Part shown: piece after piece, positions 9,451-17,031 of the stretch
Layout of the letters: each line of letters starts with the position of its first letter
How positions within the stretch are numbered: position 1 is the stretch's first letter
From: a virus
Lineage: Duplodnaviria; Caudoviricetes
IMG/VR virus record: IMGVR_UViG_3300033143_005875
Location: 1-54,768 of that record
DNA length: 54,768 nt
Reading direction: 5' to 3' (one strand)
Notes under the pieces: generated by a model
What the model was told of the DNA's origin: nothing
The model's database searches: none
The model's input: the letters and a program-made list of their open reading frames with translations, nothing else
Made by a program: the position numbers and the translations under genes

Positions 9451-9959
9451 AACTCGCCCCTTTCAGCCCGCGGCGTACACCAGCCGCTCGATCCGCGCCG
9501 TCGTCTGCTCCGCCTCCGCGAGCACCACCAGGCACCTGTCCAGCACGGCACTCAGCCGCGGCATCCCGCCCCGAGCCACCGCCAGCAGCTCCTCCGTCTG
9601 CGGCCACGCCCGCGGCTCGGTTATGATGGAGCCGCCGAGCTCCGCCAGCAGCTCGTCCGTCCGCTCGGTCAGCAGATTCACCCCCGCCCAGTCGGCGCGC
9701 CGCGCCAGGCGCTCCGTCTCCTGCGCCACCGCCAGCAGCGTCCGATAGACGTCCTCGCGCCGCTCGTACTCCGCCACCAGCTCGTCCTCGCTGCGGGCGG
9801 AGCCCGACCGCCTCCCCGACGACGCCTCGCCGTGCACCACGCGCGCACCTGGCTGCCTCTGGCCGGGCACGCCGTTCTGCCCTTCACACTCTGGCGTTCG
9901 TCGGTTCATCGGTCGGGCTCCTTCCGTGTCCCGCAGATGCGCTCCGTGCGCTCCCTTCG

Positions 9960-10805
9960 TTACTCCGCCTCGGGATACATCCGCCGCGGCGCGGCGGCAC
10001 TCTCTTCTTCATCCTCCTCCCCGCCCTCACTCGCCCTCGTGCTCTTACTCGTGCTCGTGCTCGTGCTCGTGCTCGCGCCCTCCTCACCCTCCCACCCGAG
10101 ACGCCGCAGCGTCTCCCAATACAGTGTCTCGCAGTTCCCGCAGTCCTTGCACATCGAGCTCCACAGCGTCCCGCACGTCCGCACCAGCTCCGCAGACCGC
10201 ATGTGCAGGTGCTCCCCCAGCGTGTCCAGCATCGCACTCGGCGTCATCCGCCAATACCGGTTCGCCACGTGCACCCGCTCCTCATAGTCACCCGACGCCA
10301 TCACCATGTCGGGGATCGCCTCCCTCACGGGGTAGTTCATCCACGTCAGCACCACCACCGCACCCTGGTTCACGTAGTGGTCCACCACGTCGTCCTGCTC
10401 GCACAAGTCCCAGCTTTTCGCCCTGACCCGGACGTACATGACGTGCGGCGGCACGTCCACGAACAGCGGCTCACGCCCGTTGCACGTGAAGACGACGGGA
10501 TACGGCACACCCGTCCAGGGGTTCAGCCCGAAGTCGAACTCGGCGATGCTCGTGTTCATGAAGACGTGGCGGTACACGCCCGCCACCGCCAGCACCTTCT
10601 CCCGCTCGATGTTGCTGTCGTGCCCCGAGTTCATCCGCACGACCTTCCCCACCGCCTCCTCCACCGACGGCAGCAGCGGCTCCTCCCGCGTCCGATACCA
10701 CTGCTCGCCGTTGTAGAAGCAGTGCTCGCAGTCGTTCGGGCACAGACCCGTCTGCGGGATGCACTCCACCAGGCCGCTGCCGTCCATCTTCGGGTTCATC
10801 GCCAC
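9960..10805 (-). CDS. Radical SAM-like Fe-S protein
   Basis: CPNDCEHCFY (CxxxCxxC) near the N-terminus; C-terminal C...CKDCGNC cluster. Confidence 0.65.
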   Translation of the reverse strand: MAMNPKMDGSGLVECIPQTGLCPNDCEHCFYNGEQWYRTREEPLLPSVEEAVGKVVRMNSGHDSNIEREKVLAVAGVYRHVFMNTSIAEFDFGLNPWTGVPYPVVFTCNGREPLFVDVPPHVMYVRVRAKSWDLCEQDDVVDHYVNQGAVVVLTWMNYPVREAIPDMVMASGDYEERVHVANRYWRMTPSAMLDTLGEHLHMRSAELVRTCGTLWSSMCKDCGNCETLYWETLRRLGWEGEEGASTSTSTSTSKSTRASEGGEEDEEESAAAPRRMYPEAE

Positions 10806-10920
10806 GGTCGGCTCCTCTCGAGGTTGCGGGGCGGCGGCGCAGGGCCATGGAAGGGGCCGGGGGAAGCCCGCCCCGCGTCCGCCGCCCGCACTTCGTTCAT
10901 CGGCTCACCCCTTCGGTTGC

Positions 10921-10975
10921 TGGCCTTGCCTTGCCTAGCCCCGCCACGCCTAGCCCTGCCACGCCGCGCCCGGCC
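10921..10975 (-). repeat. GGY-NN pentamer array D (11 units), putative guide RNA
   Basis: Minus strand (GGC-NN)x11, NN = CG GC GT AG TA GT GG TA AA AA CA, then GCAACCGAAGGGG; starts 5 nt after the RAMP-like gene stop. Confidence 0.9.
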
Positions 10976-10980
10976 AGGGG

Positions 10981-11571
10981 TCACTCACCCTCCGCCACGT
11001 CCCAGCGGTTGACGAGGAACTTCCCGTACATCCCCCGATACGTCCCGAACCCGACCATCAGCCCACCCTTCTCGAAGAGCTCGAGCAGGGTCCCTGGCCG
11101 GATGTCCGGGTTCTCGAACAGCTTGATCTCAAACGCCACGTCCCACGGCAGGTCAAGCACCGGCCGGATCTTCGGGTTCGGCACACCCTTCGCCAGACGC
11201 GCCACCGCCCGATGCACCCGCATCCCCGCCCCCTTGTCCACGTCGTTCTTGAACCCCCCGAACTCGATGGGCTTCCCCTCCCGCGTGATCGGCACGTCCG
11301 CCGTGGGCAGCACGACGTACGCCCTGATCTGGAGTATCTTCCCCTTGTACGCCCGGCTGTCGAAGATCGCCTTCGGCGCACTTGTGGTGTTCTCGGCCGT
11401 CAGGAACGAGTAGATGTTCGCCCGCGGCAGCACGAGCGTCCGCCCGTCGTCGGCGAGATACATCTTCTCCCCCACGTCCAGCTCCGTGTCGTTGTCCCCC
11501 GGGTAGCGGTCGAACATCAGCGGCGTCAGCCCCTGAAGGCCAACCGAGATGACCTTGTAGCTCAGCGACAT
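10981..11571 (-). CDS. Stand-alone Cas7/RAMP-like protein (196 aa), candidate effector of the flanking pentamer arrays
   Basis: RAMP-like layout: N-terminal strand VGLQGLTPLMF, LVLPRANIYSFL helix start, RPVLDLPWDVAFEI strand, C-terminal glycine-rich loop GGLMVGFGTYRGMYGKF; RBS AAAGGAG. Confidence 0.75.
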   Translation of the reverse strand: MSLSYKVISVGLQGLTPLMFDRYPGDNDTELDVGEKMYLADDGRTLVLPRANIYSFLTAENTTSAPKAIFDSRAYKGKILQIRAYVVLPTADVPITREGKPIEFGGFKNDVDKGAGMRVHRAVARLAKGVPNPKIRPVLDLPWDVAFEIKLFENPDIRPGTLLELFEKGGLMVGFGTYRGMYGKFLVNRWDVAEGE

Positions 11572-11700
11572 CGAAGTCTCCTTTCAGCGGCGGGTCCGCC
11601 ACCTCGATCCCGTGCTCCCGCAGCAGCCCCCGGACCGCTGCCTCGTCCGCACAAAGCTCCTCGAACCGCGTCATCTCACCGCCACCCCCTTTCAGGTTGC

Positions 11701-11780
11701 TGGCCTTGCCTTGCCGCGCCACGCCCGGCCGCGCCCCGCAGGGCCCCGCCAGGCCCTGCCCCGCCCGGCTCTGCCCGGCC
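11701..11780 (-). repeat. GGY-NN pentamer array C (16 units), putative guide RNA
   Basis: NN = CG AG CG GG AG CT GG CC GG GC CG GT GC AA AA CA; two triplets are imperfect (AGC, TGC) but the 5-nt phase is kept. Confidence 0.9.
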
Positions 11781-11930
11781 ACGTGCAGTTCGTGTCGCCC
11801 GCCCTCCTTCCCAAGGTTGCTGACCTTGCCTTGCCGAGCCACGCCAAGCCAGGCCCGGCCGAGCCGCGCCCCGCCGCGCCCAGCCACGCCGCGTGCAGTT
11901 CGTGTCGCCCGCCCTCCTTCCCGAGGTCGC
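11781..11930 (-). repeat. 40-bp linker repeated twice (11781-11820, 11891-11930) enclosing GGY-NN array B (11821-11890, 14 units)
   Basis: Linkers GC(A/G)ACCT(T/C)GGGAAGGAGGGCGGGCGACACGAACTGCACG(T/C) are 37/40 identical; array B NN = GT TG GC GG GC TC CG CT TT GT TC AA AA CA. Confidence 0.9.
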
Positions 11931-11995
11931 TGGCCTTGCCTTGCCTCGCCGGGCCGCGCCGGGCCACGCCGTGCCTTGCCCCGCCGCGCCCCGCC
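11931..11995 (-). repeat. GGY-NN pentamer array A (13 units), putative guide RNA
   Basis: NN = GG GC GG AA AC GT CC GC CC GA AA AA CA; begins 10 nt after the phosphoesterase stop. Confidence 0.9.
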
Positions 11996-12005
11996 CCGTT
12001 GTATG

Positions 12006-12836
12006 TCAGGGCTTCTCAATGCTGAGCCTCCGCGTCGCCGGCACGATCTTGATGCACGGGCAGCCGAGCGGCGTCGGCCTGTACCCCTTCCGCTCGCCGT
12101 AGCCGCTCGCACCGTCCGACCGAGCCGTGTAGGTCCGCAGGAACGTGCCGCTGACCACGCCCACGCGCGTGTCGTCCACGATGTCCGTGCAGTCGTCGTT
12201 CGCCTTCAAGATCACGATCTCGTCGTCCAGCCGCTCGTGGATGTGCCCGATGATGTAGATGTCCGCCTCGAACGCCACCATGAACCGCTCCAGGCGGTTC
12301 AGCTTCCCGCCCTTCGTCTGCGCGTAGCCCGCGCCGTGGTGCGCGTAGATCCGGAACCGCTGCCGCTCGCCCGTCTCCGTGTGCACGAACACCACGTCCC
12401 GGAAGCAGGAGTAGCCGAGGAACGGCGCGCCCAGCGCCTCCGCGATGTTCTGCGCCAGCGCGTGCTCGAACCTGTTGCTGTAGTACCACTCGTGGTTGCC
12501 CTGGAGCATCCCGATGCACTTGCCGGCGATGGGCTCGAACTGCGAGATGGCGAAGTCACGCATCTGGGGGCCGTACGCCTTGAAGTACGCCGCCCGGTGC
12601 TTGCCCGCCACCATCTCGGGATCGAAGCGCCGCTCGTCCCGCATGCTGATCAGGTCGATATAGTCCCCCATCCCGATCCAGCGGCTCAGCGAGCTCCGCT
12701 TGATCTTCCCGACCGTCGCGGCCACGCACTCCTCGTCGCAGCCCGCCGCGCCCCAGTGGATGTCCCCCAGCGGCCACAACCGCCACTCACTCTCCCACGA
12801 GGTCGTCTCGATCACCAACTGCCCGCCAGCCACCAT
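12006..12836 (-). CDS. Calcineurin-like metallophosphoesterase
   Basis: GDIHWG, GDYID, GNHE, HHG, GHIH motifs. Confidence 0.88.
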   Translation of the reverse strand: MVAGGQLVIETTSWESEWRLWPLGDIHWGAAGCDEECVAATVGKIKRSSLSRWIGMGDYIDLISMRDERRFDPEMVAGKHRAAYFKAYGPQMRDFAISQFEPIAGKCIGMLQGNHEWYYSNRFEHALAQNIAEALGAPFLGYSCFRDVVFVHTETGERQRFRIYAHHGAGYAQTKGGKLNRLERFMVAFEADIYIIGHIHERLDDEIVILKANDDCTDIVDDTRVGVVSGTFLRTYTARSDGASGYGERKGYRPTPLGCPCIKIVPATRRLSIEKP

Positions 12837-12837
12837 G

Positions 12838-13152
12838 TCAGGCCCCTTTCTCCTCTGCCACAGGCTCCGCCGCCCGCGATTGTGCCCGCTTGTTCCGCAG
12901 ATCGAGTATCCAGTCGAACAGCTCGTCCAGCTCGTCGTCGTCCATCTCCCGCTCCGCCGCCGCCGTCCCCGGGTCGTCCTGGAGCAGGCCGATCACCACG
13001 CCGTCAAGCGTCCTGCTGCCGTCGCCCCGTATCCGCAACTGTGCGTCGCCGCTCTTCAGCGTGACTAGGTGTGTGAGGCCGCAGCGGCAGCACTCGAGCC
13101 GCGTCGGCACCCCCTGCTCCAGCCGCAGCTCCTCGTCGCTCGCCATCGGCAT
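12838..13152 (-). CDS. Hypothetical protein
   Basis: RBS GAAGGAG; CCRCGLTH motif. Confidence 0.55.
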   Translation of the reverse strand: MPMASDEELRLEQGVPTRLECCRCGLTHLVTLKSGDAQLRIRGDGSRTLDGVVIGLLQDDPGTAAAEREMDDDELDELFDWILDLRNKRAQSRAAEPVAEEKGA

Positions 13153-13181
13153 CGCTCCTTCCAGCGGTCAGCAGTCAGCGG

Positions 13182-13409
13182 TCAGCCGAACAGGATCATC
13201 TCTGTGCCCCGAGGCGTCGCCCGCAGCTTCGCCTCGGGGTGCACGAAGGGCCGCACCTTTCGCTCCACCGCCCACGTCGCGGCGTCCGCCGAGCTCGCGT
13301 CACGCCCCATCAGCAGGATGTCACCCAGCGGACGCCAGCCCCTGCCCTGCGGCCGCTGCACGTCCACCGCCACCCGCAGCGCCGGCACCCGCCCTCGCCG
13401 CGTCTTCAT
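13182..13409 (-). CDS. Hypothetical protein
   Basis: ATGA overlap with the upstream gene; starts MKTRRGRV. Confidence 0.4.
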   Translation of the reverse strand: MKTRRGRVPALRVAVDVQRPQGRGWRPLGDILLMGRDASSADAATWAVERKVRPFVHPEAKLRATPRGTEMILFG

Positions 13410-14467
13410 CGGATTCCCCCTTCCTCTCCCCCCTGACCTCTGACCGCTGACCCCTGACCGCTGACCTCTGACTTCTGACTTCTGGCCCCTACCCCCTCCG
13501 CCACCAGCCGCCGCAGGTTCCATGGTCGCACCGACAACTTCGTTCGGTCGGGCACCATCCGCAGCACGACCCATTGCCCCGCGTCGCACAACGCCTCCAC
13601 AAGTGCCACCCGCCCGCCCCACGTGCAGCCGATCACGCGGCCGCTCGCGTGCAGCGGTGTGGCCACCGTCCGCACGGTGTCGCCCACCGCCAGGCTCTCA
13701 TACACCCGGTTCCCCACCGCCATCAGCGCCTCCGTCGTCAGCGCCTGCGCCGGCGCCCCGCACTTGGGACACTCCTCGCCAGGCCACAGCGGCGTCGAGC
13801 AGAAGGCACAGGTCAACTTCCCCGCACCCGCCTCCTCCCCGTGCTCGTGCTCCTGCTCGTGCTCGTGCTCGCGCGTCCCCTCCTCCGGCTCCCTTGGCGG
13901 CCTTGGCGGCCTTGGCGGTTCAACCCTCCCCTCCGCTTCCTCCGGCACCGGCGGCTCGCTCTCGGGATCGTAGGGGAAGCACTGCTCGCCCAGCACCTCC
14001 AGCATCGCCTCCCGATCCATCACCGTCACCCGCCCGCCGTAGGGGTTCAGCGGATTGTAGATCAGGCACGCTCCCCCCTCCTCATGCTGCACGACCGTCA
14101 CCACCGTGTGCACCTTGGTGTCCGACACCGTCGCCAGCCACTCGCCCGTCGCCCCATCGAGCGCACAGGCCAGGTGGCTCAGCCCATGCTCCGCGTCCAC
14201 CCCCACCCGCTCGCCGTGCAGGATCGCGTCGCCGCAGACGCCGCAGCGAACGCCCGCGGGCGCCTCCGCTGGCGGCGGCTCGCCCCCCATCGTCACCCGC
14301 ACGTCGTGGGCGCCCAGCGTCTTCGCGACCTCCGCCAGCGCCTCCGCCAGCGTGTTCCTGCTGCGGAAGTCGATGGCCACCCCTTTTTCCATTCTCATCA
14401 CCCAGTAAGGGAACGATCTGCCCTCCATCATCTCGATCATCACCTGCACCAGCGGTTCGTCACCCAT
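13406..14467 (-). CDS. Hypothetical multi-domain protein with zinc-ribbon motifs
   Basis: First long ORF of the leftward early operon; CGVC..HLAC and CAFC..CPKC; contains in-frame low-complexity repeats. Confidence 0.6.
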   Translation of the reverse strand: MGDEPLVQVMIEMMEGRSFPYWVMRMEKGVAIDFRSRNTLAEALAEVAKTLGAHDVRVTMGGEPPPAEAPAGVRCGVCGDAILHGERVGVDAEHGLSHLACALDGATGEWLATVSDTKVHTVVTVVQHEEGGACLIYNPLNPYGGRVTVMDREAMLEVLGEQCFPYDPESEPPVPEEAEGRVEPPRPPRPPREPEEGTREHEHEQEHEHGEEAGAGKLTCAFCSTPLWPGEECPKCGAPAQALTTEALMAVGNRVYESLAVGDTVRTVATPLHASGRVIGCTWGGRVALVEALCDAGQWVVLRMVPDRTKLSVRPWNLRRLVAEGVGARSQKSEVSGQGSAVRGQGGEEGGIR

Positions 14468-14717
14468 CGTCTGCTCCCTTCACGCTCCCCGGGCATGAAG
14501 CGGCGGCGGGCTGCATTTCTGCTCTCACCCGCCGCCGTCCACAGTGTCGCTGCCGTGCCGCGTCACCCGCGATGGGGGGGGCACCGCAAGTCCCGCCCGC
14601 ACGACAGCTCCAGCCACTACAGATTGTCCTCGCAGGCCCCCCTGTCCGCTTCATCTCGTCCCTTCCGCCGTCATCGGCTCGCCCTCCGAGGGTTGCCAAG
14701 GGTTCCACTGGAATGCC

Positions 14718-14746
14718 ACCTTACCACCCAAAGCTTACCGCGTCAA
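14718..14746 (-). promoter_or_regulatory. Leftward sigma70-type promoter (early operon)
   Basis: TTGACG-17 bp-TAAGGT with TG extended -10; overlaps TTACC repeats. Confidence 0.55.
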
Positions 14747-14777
14747 GTCCCTTTACCACTTTCCCCGTCTTTTTTTC

Positions 14778-14806
14778 TTGCACGCCGCTAACGCTGGCGC
14801 TATAAT
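14778..14806 (+). promoter_or_regulatory. Rightward sigma70-type promoter (repressor)
   Basis: TTGCAC-17 bp-TATAAT, preceded by a T-tract, in an otherwise very GC-rich genome. Confidence 0.8.
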
Positions 14807-14923
14807 GGCCACCATGGAGGCGGCGCACCTGCGATCGGCAGCCCGTGACCCGGGAGGCGTTGGGGGAGAGGCCAAAGGGACTTGTGTCAGACGGGCCGAG
14901 CAACGTACAGGGGGACACACACA

Positions 14924-15538
14924 ATGCCGCGCCAACTGACCGTCGCCGAGCGCCTCGAGCGCATCCGCCGCGAGATCGCACGCCAGGAGGTCGGCATCCG
15001 CGCCCTCGCCAGACTCTGCGGCTCCACCCACCCCACCATCCGCACCCTCGTCGCCGACCCGCCGCCCGACAGGCCCAACGCCCACCTCATCGACCGCCTC
15101 GACCACGCACTCGGTATCACCAACGCCACGCCCTACCCACAGGCCGCCGACCTCGTCTCAGACGGCACCGCCCCCGCCTGGTGCTGCTCCATCCCGCTCG
15201 CAGGCCACGTCCTCGCCGACCCCGAGAGCCACGTCGAGCTCGCCGACGCAGACCCCCCGCGCCACCTCCGCGTCCCGCACGACACCTACTGCCTCGAGGC
15301 ACGCCGCACCGGGCACCTGCTCTTCGTCCGGCCCGTCGAGCCCGCAGACGGCGACCTCGCCATCGTCACCCTCGTCAACGGCGCCCGCGTCTGCAAGCGG
15401 ATCAGCCACCGCCTCGGGCGCGTCCAGCTCGAAAGCGATTCCGCACCACCCATCGACCTCGCACCCGCACACATCGCCACCATGCACAAGGTCATCGGCG
15501 CCTGGTACGACTGGGCGCCCGCCGACGAATCGCCTTGA
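14924..15538 (+). CDS. CI/LexA-like repressor (XRE HTH plus degenerate S24 domain)
   Basis: IRALARLCGSTHPTIRTL HTH; IPLAGHV; DGDLAIV, VCKR, VQLESD S24-like strands; divergent from the early operon. Confidence 0.75.
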   Translation: MPRQLTVAERLERIRREIARQEVGIRALARLCGSTHPTIRTLVADPPPDRPNAHLIDRLDHALGITNATPYPQAADLVSDGTAPAWCCSIPLAGHVLADPESHVELADADPPRHLRVPHDTYCLEARRTGHLLFVRPVEPADGDLAIVTLVNGARVCKRISHRLGRVQLESDSAPPIDLAPAHIATMHKVIGAWYDWAPADESP

Positions 15539-15563
15539 CACGCCGCCCGCCAGCCGCTACAAT
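15535..15563 (+). promoter_or_regulatory. Near-consensus sigma70 promoter
   Basis: TTGACA-17 bp-TACAAT, followed by AGGAGG RBS and ATG at 15585. Confidence 0.85.
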
Positions 15564-15584
15564 AGTGGACAGTAGGAGGGCGAC

Positions 15585-15884
15585 ATGGGCGCGGTCATCC
15601 CACAGTCCAGCGGCGGCGACGCAGCCGCCAGGCTCCGCAGGGCAGCCAACCTGCTCAATACCTCTTTCACCGGGATCGGCGTCTTCCTAATCACCGCCGC
15701 GTGCGTCTGCGGTCTGGCGGCCCTTGGCTCAACGGGGCCGTACGGCAATCTGACCGCCATGCTCGTCTGCGGAGGGCTTGCCGCCTTCTTATCCATCCTT
15801 GGCTTCGTGCTCATCCGCCTTGGTCGCTGGATACTCGCCCTCTCCGAATGGTTCCTGCACATGGATACTGATGAAGCGCTATGA
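15585..15884 (+). CDS. Small two-TM membrane protein (moron-like)
   Basis: Two long hydrophobic helices; own promoter and RBS. Confidence 0.7.
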   Translation: MGAVIPQSSGGDAAARLRRAANLLNTSFTGIGVFLITAACVCGLAALGSTGPYGNLTAMLVCGGLAAFLSILGFVLIRLGRWILALSEWFLHMDTDEAL

Positions 15885-15999
15885 CATCCTCCCGTTCCCC
15901 ATCGTCTTCGTCGCCGCCCTCCTCATCGCCCTCATCCTCCACTCCTGCGGTTAACGGGCAGACCCCGCCGCTCAATCCCTACTGACCCGCCCTCCCAGG

Positions 16000-17031
16000 T
16001 CACGAGGCGTCCCGCCACCACAAGGTCGGCACGCCACCGCCCGCCGGATACCAGTCGGCGTATGAGATCGACGCCGCAGGACGGCTCACGATCTCGAATC
16101 GCAGCCGCACCCCATACAGGTTCACCGGCGCGACCCCACTCACCCACTGGATCACCTCGTCCAGCGAGGCTGTGGCCGCCTCATCGGTCTCCGCACTCGC
16201 GATGACGTTCGGCAGGGTCCTGAAATTGTTCGTGGCGGGCGGAGCGCCGAAGACCACGGCTCCCGGCTTGAATGGCTCTGTCACCCAGTCGAGATAGAAG
16301 CAGGCCGTCGTCCAATGGTCGTTCACCACCGCGGGCGTCTGCACGATCACGTCCACGCCCACGGCATAGAAGTTCAGCGTCGCGCCTTCCAGCGCCGTCT
16401 GCCGCACCGCGTCGCCAGCACCATCCACTGCCCAGGCGTAGTACCCGTGCCCCGTGTGCCGCGTGTCGTCGGCCGCATAGTAGTCATACGCCCCTTGGTA
16501 GTGTGTCACCGTGCGGTGCGACCTGCCTGTGTCGGTGAACGGCGCCCACGCCGTGCCCGCCGCTACCCCCCGTCGAAAGTAGTAGCGGCCGCGTCGCGGG
16601 CTCTGAGCATCGAGCAGGCTGTAGACCTGCACGATCTCGCGCCCGGCCGCGTCCGCCACATCCTCTTCCGCCAGCTCGTGGCTGCCGCTCGCCTCGCCCT
16701 CATTCGTCGCCATCACGTGCAGTCCGCCCGTCACGAACTCATAGCTGATCCCGTCCCCGCTGTCGCCCGCCGCGTCCTTGCTCCGCACCTGCTTCACCGC
16801 GTAGAGGTTCTTCCCGGCGTCGATCGCCTCGCCCGCGGGCGCCGTCGCCACCACCTGCGCCTCGAACCACGGCCGACGCACCTGGCCGGCCGGCGGCGCG
16901 TCCGCCAACTCCTGCGCCTGCCGCGCCTCGTCCACCTCGCGCTCGAGCTCGCCCACCCGCAGCACCAGCCCGCCACCCGTCGGCATCCCAGGAAGTCCGC
17001 CCATATCAGCCGCTCCAGTCCAGCTCCGCAA
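16000..17031 (-). CDS. Putative distal tail / virion protein
   Basis: Last gene of the structural operon; beta-rich C-terminus; start uncertain (possibly 17004). Confidence 0.55.
   Translation of the reverse strand: MRSWTGAADMGGLPGMPTGGGLVLRVGELEREVDEARQAQELADAPPAGQVRRPWFEAQVVATAPAGEAIDAGKNLYAVKQVRSKDAAGDSGDGISYEFVTGGLHVMATNEGEASGSHELAEEDVADAAGREIVQVYSLLDAQSPRRGRYYFRRGVAAGTAWAPFTDTGRSHRTVTHYQGAYDYYAADDTRHTGHGYYAWAVDGAGDAVRQTALEGATLNFYAVGVDVIVQTPAVVNDHWTTACFYLDWVTEPFKPGAVVFGAPPATNNFRTLPNVIASAETDEAATASLDEVIQWVSGVAPVNLYGVRLRFEIVSRPAASISYADWYPAGGGVPTLWWRDAS

Noticed and set aside
11701-11995. Canonical CRISPR array
   Set aside because: Only two copies of the 40-bp linker, the intervening sequences are themselves periodic, and no cas1/cas2 gene was recognised.
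11692-12112. ORFs crossing the pentamer arrays (11153-12112, 11692-11967, 11697-13064, 10796-10984)
   Set aside because: Low-complexity Arg/Gly/Ala translations of a period-5 repeat; the period is incompatible with codon structure, so they are treated as non-coding.
14752-14760. Contiguous 9-nt match (AGTGGTAAA) between concatenated array D dinucleotides and the switch region
   Set aside because: Short, includes the constant tail, and the flanks do not match; not evidence of self-targeting.
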